From a bacterium (GTDB lineage Bacteria > Electryoneota > JAOADG01), in the NCBI GenBank assembly GCA_963681965.1, contig OY820579.1, forward strand, positions 3,200,001-3,264,000: DNA of 64,000 bases. Reading direction: 5' to 3'. A program made the translations under genes and the position numbers. The stretch's first letter is position 1. Every line of letters starts with the position of its first letter. Positions 51,997 to 61,542 of the stretch are shown one piece after another. Under the pieces are notes generated by a model. It was given only the letters and a program-made list of their open reading frames with translations. It was not told the DNA's origin and searched no databases.

Positions 51997-52836
51997 TTAT
52001 TCCTCCGCCGCTTTCTGACCGTACTTCGCTAACACGCGCTGACGTAGTCGTTCGTATTCGTCGCAATATTCCGGTCGATCGATCTTGTGCAATTCGCCGA
52101 CAATGTACTTACCGATCAATTCTTCCGGAGCCATCTTCTCGGCTTTTGCGACTTGAACGGTACGCTCTTTGATATCCTCAATCATTTGCCACGCGTCGGG
52201 TTGTCGATTGCGACGACCGAATTGCGTATGGCAATTCGAGATCACTTCAATCACCGAGAAACCGCGATGAGCCAAGCCATTGCGAATCAATTTTTCCAGC
52301 ATCACACCGTTCGCTACCGTTCCGCGCGCCACGTAAGTCGCTCCTGCGGCGATTGCCAGCTTCGCGACATCGAATCCCGGTTCGATGTTACCGTAAGGTG
52401 CGGTCGCGGCAAATGCCCCTTGCGGGGTAGTCGGAGAATACTGCCCACCGGTCATACCGTAGATATGATTATTGTTCAAGATCACGGTGATGTCGATGTT
52501 TCTGCGGCACGCATGAATAAAGTGATTGCCGCCGATTGCGAGAATGTCGCCGTCGCCAGCCATCGACACGACGTGCATATCGGGTCGCGCCAGTTTGATA
52601 CCGGTCGCAAACGTCAATGCACGACCGTGAGTCGTGTGCAACGTATTCGCTTTCGTGTAACCGGTCACCCGCGAAGTACAGCCGATACCGGAAACCATCG
52701 CGATTTCTTCATTCTTCCAGCCCAATTCGGAAAATGCCTTGTACAGCGCCTTGGCGGCGATACCGATACCGCAACCCGGACACCAGAGAAATGGCATTTT
52801 ATCCATGCGGATATATTGACTATAATCGAAACTCAT
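51997..52836 (-). CDS. korB: 2-oxoacid:ferredoxin oxidoreductase beta subunit
   Basis: WCPGCG, SGIGC, HGR, GDGD, YGMTGGQ. Confidence 0.93.
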   Translation of the reverse strand: MSFDYSQYIRMDKMPFLWCPGCGIGIAAKALYKAFSELGWKNEEIAMVSGIGCTSRVTGYTKANTLHTTHGRALTFATGIKLARPDMHVVSMAGDGDILAIGGNHFIHACRRNIDITVILNNNHIYGMTGGQYSPTTPQGAFAATAPYGNIEPGFDVAKLAIAAGATYVARGTVANGVMLEKLIRNGLAHRGFSVIEVISNCHTQFGRRNRQPDAWQMIEDIKERTVQVAKAEKMAPEELIGKYIVGELHKIDRPEYCDEYERLRQRVLAKYGQKAAEE

Positions 52837-53969
52837 TTTGCCGCCTCCCGGATTGCTGCCAAAATATCGCGTGGATGAATCGGAATACCGCCTACTTGGT
52901 TCACTCCGGTAACAATCTTATCGGGACCAAGCACCCGACGAACTTCCCAAATGATCTGTCCCAGATTCATTTCCGGAACGATCACCGACTTCATCGGTTT
53001 CAACAAATTGATCACTGCTTTATCCGGGAACGGCCACAGCGTCAGTGGACGCAACAGACCGACTTTGATACCTTCGTTGCGGGCGCGGTTGATCGCTTCC
53101 ATCGCTGCGCGACCGGAAGTACCGAACGAGAAAATTCCAATTTCGGCATCTTCCATTCGATATTCTTCCCACTTCTCGATCTTGTGAATATTCGCGTCGA
53201 TTTTCCGTTGCTGTCGTTCCTGATCCTTCTGCACTAAATCCGGATTTGTCGTCGGGAAACCGGTTTTATCGTGGGAAAGACCCGTTACATGGAAGTTGTA
53301 ACCTTCGAAGTAATTCGCCATCGGGGGAATATCGCCGAATGCCGTATCGTACGGATTGTATAGTTCCGGCGGGACAGTCGGTCGCAACCGATTCACAATC
53401 TCCAATTCGTCCGAGGTCGGTAAACTAAGTCCACTGGACAAGTGACCAATCACTTCATCCAACAAGAGAATGACTGGCGTGCGGAATTCTTCCGATAGAT
53501 TGAATGCACGCACCGTTTCCGAAAAGATCTCTTCGGGAAATGCCGGTGTCAACGCAATCATCGGGTGATCGCCGTGCGTTCCCCAGCGTGTTTGCATCAC
53601 ATCCGATTGCGATGGTGCAGTCGGCAAACCGGTCGATGGTCCACCGCGCATCACATTAACAATCACCACCGGAACTTCGGCGATACAGGCAAAACCGATA
53701 TGCTCCTGCTTCAGAGAAATACCCGGTCCCGACGTCGCCGTTAGCGATTTGGCACCAGTCAGCGAGGCACCGATCACGGCTCCCATTGCCGAGATTTCGT
53801 CTTCCATCTGGATGAAACTGCCCCCGTTCAACGGTAACAGCTTTGCCATTTCGGAAGCGACTTCCGATGACGGAGTAATGGGATACCCCGCGTAAAACTT
53901 GCATCCGGCAGCAACCGCCGCATGGGCGACGATCTCATTGCCTTGATAAAATTTCATTGGTTGAGGCAC
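52833..53969 (-). CDS. korA: 2-oxoacid:ferredoxin oxidoreductase alpha subunit
   Basis: GYPITP, EDE, TSGPG, RGGPSTGLPT, EMNLGQ. Confidence 0.93.
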   Translation of the reverse strand: MPQPMKFYQGNEIVAHAAVAAGCKFYAGYPITPSSEVASEMAKLLPLNGGSFIQMEDEISAMGAVIGASLTGAKSLTATSGPGISLKQEHIGFACIAEVPVVIVNVMRGGPSTGLPTAPSQSDVMQTRWGTHGDHPMIALTPAFPEEIFSETVRAFNLSEEFRTPVILLLDEVIGHLSSGLSLPTSDELEIVNRLRPTVPPELYNPYDTAFGDIPPMANYFEGYNFHVTGLSHDKTGFPTTNPDLVQKDQERQQRKIDANIHKIEKWEEYRMEDAEIGIFSFGTSGRAAMEAINRARNEGIKVGLLRPLTLWPFPDKAVINLLKPMKSVIVPEMNLGQIIWEVRRVLGPDKIVTGVNQVGGIPIHPRDILAAIREAAK

Positions 53970-53989
53970 GATTTCTCCACGATTGCTGG

Positions 53990-54253
53990 TTATGCCACAG
54001 CTTTCTTTTGCTTAAAGGAATAAACTCGAATGGCGTAATCCGGACACTCGATTTCGCACAGCATACAAGCGGTACAAGCATCGATGTCGGCGATTTCTGC
54101 CAGTGTACCTTCCCACTTGTCCGTTGCGTCGATCATAATCAGGACATTTTTCGGGCAGACTTCGGCACAGATCGTACACCCTTTGCAGAGCTGCTTATCG
54201 ATCACGATTTTGGTGTTTCCGTCCGCGGAAGTCAGATCTAATTTGGGTTCCAT
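53990..54253 (-). CDS. korD: 2x[4Fe-4S] ferredoxin (delta subunit)
   Basis: CKGCTICAEVCP and CTACMLCEIECP. Confidence 0.9.
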   Translation of the reverse strand: MEPKLDLTSADGNTKIVIDKQLCKGCTICAEVCPKNVLIMIDATDKWEGTLAEIADIDACTACMLCEIECPDYAIRVYSFKQKKAVA

Positions 54254-54317
54254 TTGCTTTTCATCCCATCATACAATGTGTGCAGCGAACCATACTGCTG
54301 CAACGATCAATCAAATA

Positions 54318-55187
54318 TCAGTTCAGAACTTTCTTCATTGTTTCACCGAGTGACGATGGTGTCGGACAAACATGAATTCCGGCATCCTGCAAGGCAGTCA
54401 TCTTCTCTTGTGCCGTTCCTTTGCCACCACTGATGATCGCACCGGCATGACCCATCCGTCGACCGGGAGGAGCTGTCTGACCGGCAATAAATGCGACGAC
54501 CGGTTTCTTACCATATTGTTTGATCCAAGCAGCAGCGGTTTCTTCGGCGTTACCGCCAATTTCACCGATCATCACGATGCCATCGGTATCCGGGTCGTCA
54601 TTGAACAATTGAATAATGTCGATAAACGGACTGCCGATAATCGGATCGCCACCGATACCGATACAAGTGCTTTGTCCGAGTCCCACTTGCGTCAATTGAT
54701 GAACCGCTTCGTAGGTCAGCGTTCCAGAACGGCTGATCACACCTACGCGACCCGGCTTGTGAATGAAACCGGGCATGATCCCCATTTTCGCTTGACCCGG
54801 AGAAATCACGCCGGGGCAATTCGGTCCGACCAGTCGCGCATTCGTATCTTCCAGTACCCGCTTCACACCGACCATATCGACAACCGGAATACCTTCGGAG
54901 ATGCATACAACCAGTTTGATACCGGCATCGAACGCTTCCAGAATTGCATCGGCTGCCAGATGCGGTGGAACAAAGATTGTCGTTGCCTCGGCACCTTCAT
55001 TGCGAACGGCATCGTACACCGAATTGAATACCGGTCGATTTAAATGAGTGGTGCCACCTTTACCGGGAGTTACACCACCGACTACATTCGTGCCATATTC
55101 CAGCATCTGTCCGGCGTGAAAGGTTCCTTCCTTGCCGGTGAAACCCTGAACGATCACACGAGTATTTTTGTTCAGTAGAATCGCCAT
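54318..55187 (-). CDS. sucD: Succinyl-CoA synthetase alpha subunit
   Basis: QGFTG, GPNCPG, SRSGTL, MGHAGA. Confidence 0.98.
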   Translation of the reverse strand: MAILLNKNTRVIVQGFTGKEGTFHAGQMLEYGTNVVGGVTPGKGGTTHLNRPVFNSVYDAVRNEGAEATTIFVPPHLAADAILEAFDAGIKLVVCISEGIPVVDMVGVKRVLEDTNARLVGPNCPGVISPGQAKMGIMPGFIHKPGRVGVISRSGTLTYEAVHQLTQVGLGQSTCIGIGGDPIIGSPFIDIIQLFNDDPDTDGIVMIGEIGGNAEETAAAWIKQYGKKPVVAFIAGQTAPPGRRMGHAGAIISGGKGTAQEKMTALQDAGIHVCPTPSSLGETMKKVLN

Positions 55188-55200
55188 ACCTTCCCCCTCT

Positions 55201-56364
55201 CTACGCCGATTTTGCTGCCGAAACTACTTTTTCAGCCGCATCCAGTAAGTCCTTACCAACGATGAAATTCATTCCCGATTGCGCGAGGATCTCACCGGCT
55301 TCCTTACTATTGGTTCCTTCCAATCGCACCACGATCGGTACCGACACGTTTTCCGACTGGACTGCGTCCATCACCCCTTGCGCTACGCGATCGCAGCGAA
55401 CAATGCCACCGAAAATATTAATCAGAATCGCTTTTACATTCGGATCGCTGAGAATGATTTTAAATCCGGCAGCGACGGTCTCTTTATTCGCACCACCACC
55501 GACATCGAGGAAATTCGCCGGTTCGCCGCCACAGTATTTAATAATGTCCATGGTGCCCATTGCTAGTCCGGCACCATTCACCATACATCCGACATTGCCA
55601 TCGAGCTTCACATAATTCAAACTGTATTTCGAGGCTTCGATTTCGGCGGGCTCTTCTTCCGATAGATCGCGCATTTCAGCATAATTGGGATGACGATCGA
55701 GTGCATTGTCGTCGAAGTTGATCTTGGCATCGAGTGCAATAATCCTGCCGTCCGCCAATTGCGCCAATGGATTGATTTCGACCAGCGAGGCATCGGACTT
55801 GACATATAGATCGTACAGTTTCATCAAAAACTGCGTTGCCTGCTTGTGCGAATCGCCGGAGAGACCCAGTTGATAGGCTAACTGACGCGCTTGGAACATA
55901 CGGAAACCGATCGCCGGATCGACCCAGATCTTCACGATTTTTTCCGGGGTCTTGGCGGCAACCTGTTCGATCTCCATCCCACCTTCGGTCGAGACCATCA
56001 CCACATTGCGACCTCTTTCACGATCCAAAACGATACCGGCATAAAACTCTTTTGCGATCTGCGCCGCTTCTTCGATCAGGATTCGCTGGACCTTCTTTCC
56101 TTCCGGTCCCGTCTGATGAGTGATCAGTTGCATTCCTAAAATCTGCCAGGCATACTGCTTCACTTCATCGCGGTTCCGCGCCAGCTTTACTCCGCCGCCT
56201 TTACCGCGTCCGCCGGCATGGATTTGCGCCTTCACTACGACCGGATAACCCAAATCTTCTGCGATTGCAATCGCTTCTTCGACCGTAAATGCCGGGCGTC
56301 CGCGAGGTACCGCGACACCGAATTGTCGACACAGTTCCTTAGCCTGATATTCATGAATCTTCAT
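55201..56364 (-). CDS. sucC: Succinyl-CoA synthetase beta subunit
   Basis: [27 protein letters not shown]. Confidence 0.98.
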   Translation of the reverse strand: MKIHEYQAKELCRQFGVAVPRGRPAFTVEEAIAIAEDLGYPVVVKAQIHAGGRGKGGGVKLARNRDEVKQYAWQILGMQLITHQTGPEGKKVQRILIEEAAQIAKEFYAGIVLDRERGRNVVMVSTEGGMEIEQVAAKTPEKIVKIWVDPAIGFRMFQARQLAYQLGLSGDSHKQATQFLMKLYDLYVKSDASLVEINPLAQLADGRIIALDAKINFDDNALDRHPNYAEMRDLSEEEPAEIEASKYSLNYVKLDGNVGCMVNGAGLAMGTMDIIKYCGGEPANFLDVGGGANKETVAAGFKIILSDPNVKAILINIFGGIVRCDRVAQGVMDAVQSENVSVPIVVRLEGTNSKEAGEILAQSGMNFIVGKDLLDAAEKVVSAAKSA

Positions 56365-56883
56365 TCAACCCCCGAATCGTTTTGATCTCTTGATTGATCG
56401 TTCCGGTTCCAATGTCTAAATAATTAAATCTAGATGCAAGACTTATGTTCAATACTTCACATAACCGGTACTTGATGCAACACTCTGATCCAAAAAATCA
56501 TTGCGGTAGTTGTTGCGACTAGTGGGAGATACGGATACTACCCAACGTTTGTTGTTATTTTTCTAGTGTCGATCTCAGTTAGAATCCAGTTACGAATTTC
56601 CTCTACAATATCGCTCATTTTGTTCGATTGATTTCATCGCTGTCCGGCGACCGATGCGAAACGGACTCGTAGCACCAGCTTACTTTAGGAATATGATTAT
56701 ATCGAACCTCGCGGAGATTTCCGTCCATAGTACTCTTTTTTATCATGAATCATTATTATTCAACGTAATTAACAATTTAATATTTATCGACATACTCACA
56801 AATATTTAATGCGAGTTTGTTCAATTTATTGTGAGTTGTGTCTTCTCACAAAACAGATATTTTACTACTTTCACAGTTATCAC

Positions 56884-56915
56884 TTGCATCTCTTTTTTTT
56901 TTTTTACTTTATAAG
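56884..56915 (+). promoter_or_regulatory. Candidate promoter with a T13 spacer tract
   Basis: TTGCAT (56884), T13 run (56893-56905), TACTTT/TATAAG. Confidence 0.4.
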
Positions 56916-57319
56916 TAGCCGTATCAAATCGCACTGCTCCAATTGCACGGTTTTATCTATTTGATATCGATTTTGAAAACAAGATTTTTGAATCGGCGTC
57001 CAAACCGCTTCTTTCAATGCTTTCGATACGTGCCTGACTATTCACTTTGATCTGAAAACCGGGATTGTTTCCACTCCTTTATACTATCGAAACAATCGCA
57101 CCTGACACGAAAGGGTACTCCCATGAAAAAGCATCTCATTTTCATCACGCTACTCATTGCATCGGTTTTTGTGTATTTTGGTTGCAGCACATTTAATGAC
57201 AGCAGTAACAACAGCGTTAGCTCTCCGAACCCTCATTCAGGAAAAGGGGGTGCTAACATCGCTTCGGTCGGGCTGCCGGAAGGGTGGGATTTAGCGGGGA
57301 TTGATCATTATTATGTAAT

Positions 57320-58537
57320 GAAACCTCTGAAAAAATCACTTTTGTATCACTCTCTTTTGCCTCATCAGTCTGATTTCGACGATTTTCGAAATGAATTGCA
57401 AATTTTAGTGTAATTGGGGTCGATTTTGGTTGGATTTTTTGATGATTTTCGGTGATTTCTGCTGCTTGGGCAGAGTTCACTCTCCGATTTATCGTTTTTC
57501 AGGTTACCAGCACCAGTTTGCAGGCCCGTTTCAAGTTCACTGCCATGGCGGTAAAGTAGACTTGTGTCAGATTCCGTTCGATACCGTAATAGCGCAAACG
57601 CGCGAGGTGTCCCCACCGCTTCAAGTCGTTCATCTTGGCTTCGATCCGGCTTCGGATCCGTGAGTTGGATCGATTGCGGCATCGCTCATGTTCCGTCAAG
57701 CGACGATTGCGTCTTGCCTTGTGAAGAATGCCGTCGTACCAGTGGCGGGCGTGAATCAAGTTGCGGTGTGCCGTCGAATCGTACGCCTTGTCGGCAAACA
57801 CGCCACCGGTGTCGTCGGGAAGCAATGCCTCGAACACCTGCGAGTCGTGAACAATATTCGATGTCAAGTCGACTGCTTCGATCAGCTCGCTTTCATGATC
57901 CATCGAAACATGCACTTTCATCCCGTCGACCGGTTTATCTTTGCGGACCGTGATGGTTACATCGGGGTCGACCGGAGTACCGTCGGCACGGGTGGAGCCC
58001 GCAGTCGTGGCACCCTTGACCAATGTCGCGTCGACCAGTGTACAACTGCGAACGAATAGACCGAACGAAGCCAACTGACGGTTCAATTCATTGAACAATT
58101 CCTTCTCGTAACGAAAGTCGCGCAACCGTTGACGGAACCGAACCAGGGTCGAATCGTCCAACAGATAATCGCGAACGGTAAAACCGATAAACCGTTCGAA
58201 GCTGCGTCGGTCGTGGATCTCCTGCACCACTTGTACATCCGACAGACCGTACCATTGTTCCAACAGCAACGCTTTGAACAACATCAACGGCGGGATCGGG
58301 GGGCGACCGCGGGTGCCGCGGTACATCCGCATTAGCAGCGACTCGATCGGACGAAAATCGATCAACCGATCGATCTCATCAAGCATGCTCTTCTTGTGAC
58401 GGCGACACTGATCGTCTAGTTCACCGAAGGTAATCCATTCGCGGGTAGAGGGAACGAGGGACATTGTAAACTCCGTTATAGGCTCTAACGGCAATACGAG
58501 ATAATCATCAAAAACGTGGGATTAAATCAGAGGTTTC
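57320..58537 (-). mobile_element. IS5-family insertion sequence, 1218 bp
   Basis: IRs GAAACCTCTGA(AAA/TTT)AATC; 5-bp target duplication GTAAT at 57315-57319 and 58538-58542. Confidence 0.95.
57499..58464 (-). CDS. IS5-family DDE transposase
   Basis: GRPPIPPLMLFKALLLEQWYGLSD, VDATL, ADKAYD, RSRIE. Confidence 0.95.
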   Translation of the reverse strand: MSLVPSTREWITFGELDDQCRRHKKSMLDEIDRLIDFRPIESLLMRMYRGTRGRPPIPPLMLFKALLLEQWYGLSDVQVVQEIHDRRSFERFIGFTVRDYLLDDSTLVRFRQRLRDFRYEKELFNELNRQLASFGLFVRSCTLVDATLVKGATTAGSTRADGTPVDPDVTITVRKDKPVDGMKVHVSMDHESELIEAVDLTSNIVHDSQVFEALLPDDTGGVFADKAYDSTAHRNLIHARHWYDGILHKARRNRRLTEHERCRNRSNSRIRSRIEAKMNDLKRWGHLARLRYYGIERNLTQVYFTAMAVNLKRACKLVLVT

Positions 58538-59415
58538 GTAATGAGATTTTTAGATAGCTCATTATGTGTCGACTTTGATACAAGTTGGACGGATACGATG
58601 CTACATAATTACATTTCAAATCAAGTAATATATTATTTAAATAATAATGCAACTTATTATAATACCAATATTGATTCGCTAATTATTATTGTAGAGGAAG
58701 TAATAAAAAATGTATCTTATCCTAGTCTCCCAAGTCTCATAGATTTACATCAACTTTTTAATGATCTGGTATATAATAAATTAGCATACGATTCTGATAG
58801 CATTTATGTCAATAGAATAATTAATCTCTTATTTACAAAAGATGTAAGTATGAATTCAATCGGAGATAGCTTATATCAAATTAAAAGCGAGCTAGGAAAT
58901 AAGGAGTGGATTGATGGAGATCTATTCCTCCCGATAACATTGTCAATTGCAATTCATAGCTGGGAAAGTGTTTACTCAGGTTGGCAATTTAATCCGGTTT
59001 ATCACACATCCTCTACGGATGAGTTCGGTCCAGGACAACCTGGTGCACCTGGTTCGATTCATCCCGAGGTTATCGCTGCTGATTTAAAGGGAGCTTGGGA
59101 AGGTATTAAACTTGTAGCTAATGTCGCAGCTGCAGCAGCTCCAATAGGAAGTTCAAGTGGGGGAGGTGCTGCATATCGTTTAGGTCCGCGCTGGCTTCCA
59201 CTAGGTGCTGTAGGTGCAGCAATAATAATAGGAGGTGCTGTTGGTGGAGCCTGTCAACGATCTGGTGAAATGTCAGCAAAGATTCAAAATGATTTACAAA
59301 AAACTGGTTCTTCAAATTTAGTCTATCCAAGAAATTGACACATTTTACCAATCCAAAGATGGGTAATTGATTACCCATCATTGGATTAATAATCTCAATA
59401 TCAGTGGAGAATATT

Positions 59416-59745
59416 ATGAAAGATCATTTAGTTTTAATCGGAACGACGTTAGTCTTTTTAATTTCATTCTTCGTTAATTCTTTACCTAAATATTTTGATG
59501 CTAATATTACAAACATTTCGCACGAAGAGCTGTCAAAAAAATATAAACAGTTACACATGTGGTTTGATATATGTTATTTTGTGCTTCTAGTATTGTTTTT
59601 ATGGATTTCCTGTATCTCTGATTTAACTGGTATTTATAAAACAAATTCCATCGGATCTACCTTCTCAATCTATTCGCTTTTTCTATTTATTGTAACTTTT
59701 ATTATATATAAATTTATTTATAAGTATTTTAAAAAAGGTAATTAG
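59416..59745 (+). CDS. Small multi-TM protein (candidate immunity 1)
   Basis: SD GGAG; about three TM segments; last codons and stop supplied by the IS1595 IR. Confidence 0.65.
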   Translation: MKDHLVLIGTTLVFLISFFVNSLPKYFDANITNISHEELSKKYKQLHMWFDICYFVLLVLFLWISCISDLTGIYKTNSIGSTFSIYSLFLFIVTFIIYKFIYKYFKKGN

Positions 59746-60628
59746 TGGTGGTCTGGCACAAGCATTATCTTGTGATCGAGGATCTAATTACTTACGAACA
59801 CTTGGTTAAGAACGAACAAACAGCACGAAAATTCGTGTTGGGATTTTGCTGGAAAAACCAACAGCGATTTTGTCCCCGTTGTAACACCCGAAAACTATAT
59901 CGGTTATCGGACCATCGTTATCGCTGTTCGGAATGCAAATACACCTTCCACGACTTCAGTGGCAGATGGATCAACCATGGTTCTTTGAGTTGCCAGCAAT
60001 GGCTTCGTATCGTAAAATTGTTTGAGCTCGAGCAGTCGGTGCGCAAGATTGCGAGCCAGTTGAATCTCGATTACGGAACGGCTTACAAAGCGGTTACCAC
60101 GATTCGCTTGGCGATCCTGACGAATCAGATTAGTCCGCCGCTGGGCAGTAACCTCGAGCTCGATGAAAGTTATTTCGGCGGCCATAGCAAAGGGAACCGT
60201 GGCCGTGGTGCGGCCGGGAAAGTCCCGGTATTCGGCATTCTCCAGCAACAAGGCAAAGTCGTTGTAGAAGTGGTTCCCGATGTCAGTGTCGAGACGCTGG
60301 TCGAGTTAACGGTAAAAAAAGTTCGTCGCGGCAGCATCATTTACACCGACAAATTTCGCAGCTACGACAGTCTAATGTGCTGCGGTTATCGCCATCTGAA
60401 AGTCGATCACGGCAAACAATTTGTGAAAGGTCGTGTTCACATCAATGGACTTGAAGGGTTCTGGAGCTGGACAAAGGAACGGTTGATGAAACACCATGGC
60501 GTTTCGAAAGAGACTTTTCCGCTGTATCTCAAAGAGCTCGAGTTCAGGTACAATAATCGCGATCAGGATATCTTCAAAATGATCGTGCTATATCTGTCAA
60601 CTATTGTGCCAAACCACCACTAATTACC
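59737..60628 (+). mobile_element. IS1595-family insertion sequence, 892 bp
   Basis: 25-bp IRs GGTAATTAGTGGTGGT(C/T)TGGCACAA with one mismatch; no target duplication visible. Confidence 0.93.
59745..60623 (+). CDS. IS1595-family transposase
   Basis: CPRC/CSEC zinc ribbon, HTH, ELDESYFGG, YTD, HINGLEGFWS, YLKELEFRYN. Confidence 0.95.
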   Translation: MVVWHKHYLVIEDLITYEHLVKNEQTARKFVLGFCWKNQQRFCPRCNTRKLYRLSDHRYRCSECKYTFHDFSGRWINHGSLSCQQWLRIVKLFELEQSVRKIASQLNLDYGTAYKAVTTIRLAILTNQISPPLGSNLELDESYFGGHSKGNRGRGAAGKVPVFGILQQQGKVVVEVVPDVSVETLVELTVKKVRRGSIIYTDKFRSYDSLMCCGYRHLKVDHGKQFVKGRVHINGLEGFWSWTKERLMKHHGVSKETFPLYLKELEFRYNNRDQDIFKMIVLYLSTIVPNHH

Positions 60629-60661
60629 TACTTTTTCATCTAATTTTCCATAGAGGTGATC

Positions 60662-60970
60662 ATGAACTTGTCATATACTATCATTGTCTTTGTCAGTTTA
60701 CTCATTTTAACAATCTCGTTATTGCTATCAAGGGTATATTCCTCTAGGAAAGAAAAAAATAAGATTAGTTATGAAGATTTAAAAATGCGTTACGAGGTAG
60801 GATTGGCACTATTTTATTATACGATATCTTGGGTATATTTTACACATTCATATTCGGTTGATTCCATAAATCGATATACCGGCACACTAATTAGTATTTT
60901 TGCTTTAATAATTGTCTATTTTGTTCTATTACGGGTTTACAGATTTATGAATAGACCAAATCAAGAATAG
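60662..60970 (+). CDS. Small multi-TM protein (candidate immunity 2)
   Basis: SD GAGGT; about three TM segments; ISYEDLKMRY resembles ISHEELSKKY of the 59416 ORF. Confidence 0.65.
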   Translation: MNLSYTIIVFVSLLILTISLLLSRVYSSRKEKNKISYEDLKMRYEVGLALFYYTISWVYFTHSYSVDSINRYTGTLISIFALIIVYFVLLRVYRFMNRPNQE

Positions 60971-60984
60971 AAACCTCTGATTTA
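60970..60984 (+). repeat. Solo IS5 terminal IR
   Basis: GAAACCTCTGATTTA is 15/15 identical to the reverse complement of 58523-58537. Confidence 0.65.
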
Positions 60985-61041
60985 GAACATATCCCAATTG
61001 AAATTTGTTCTGATGCCAACACAATTTAGATTGGAGGTACT

Positions 61042-61347
61042 GTGAATTTTGAATTTAAAACCATCGATCTCACAATCGTGATGATCGCAGTATTCGCTAA
61101 CTTCATTCGTTTTCCTGAATAAATTCCAAAGGAATTTGAGGAGATCGTTAAAGTTGTAATGCAATCGCTACGACCTTCAGGTTATTTCTTTGCACTTTAT
61201 TTTATATTTGGAAGTGCTTCTTCATCAAATACATCCATCAACTACCTATACTTCAATTGGATACTCGTTTTTGTGTTATCATTAGCAATAAATATTATAT
61301 TGAAGAAATTCAAATGGCATCGCAGTTGTAGTACAAATCAAATATGA
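61042..61347 (+). pseudogene. Small membrane protein with in-frame stop (candidate immunity 3)
   Basis: SD GGAGG, GTG 61042, TAA at 61120-61122; the frame continues into the listed 61159 ORF. Confidence 0.6.
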
Positions 61348-61444
61348 AATGTATTACCATTGTGAGGTGCATGAAACATAAACGTATCATGCGCCTTTAG
61401 CTACCACGATCTAATATTTCTATTCTGTAATCGTATAGCTAAAC

Positions 61445-61475
61445 AAAAAAAAGGCGGATCCTACGATCCGCCTTT
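61445..61475 (-). terminator. Terminator of arcE-arcC
   Basis: AAAGGCGGATC-4 nt-GATCCGCC followed by a T-run on the minus strand. Confidence 0.85.
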
Positions 61476-61542
61476 CAGTTTTTCTAGAAATATAAGTTGA
61501 TCACGAGGTCTCGGTCAATTGAAAACTTTGTTCTACCCGGCG

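Larger units (their letters stand above)
57123..59338 (+). pseudogene. IS5-interrupted lipoprotein with glycine-zipper C-terminus (330 aa when rejoined); candidate toxin
   Basis: Lipoprotein signal (VYFGC). Removing 57320-58537 and one GTAAT gives an in-frame ...DHYYVMRFLDSS...; C-terminus ADLKGAWEG...GAVGAAIIIGGAVGGA. Confidence 0.8.

Noticed and set aside
59339-61445. Integron cassette array
   Set aside because: The intergenic hairpins lack RYYYAAC/GTTRRRY attC ends and no intI is present
61501-61512. TCACGAGGTCTC as a partner IR for the solo IS5 end
   Set aside because: Requires a gap and a mismatch, lies beyond the arcC terminator, and has no TSD
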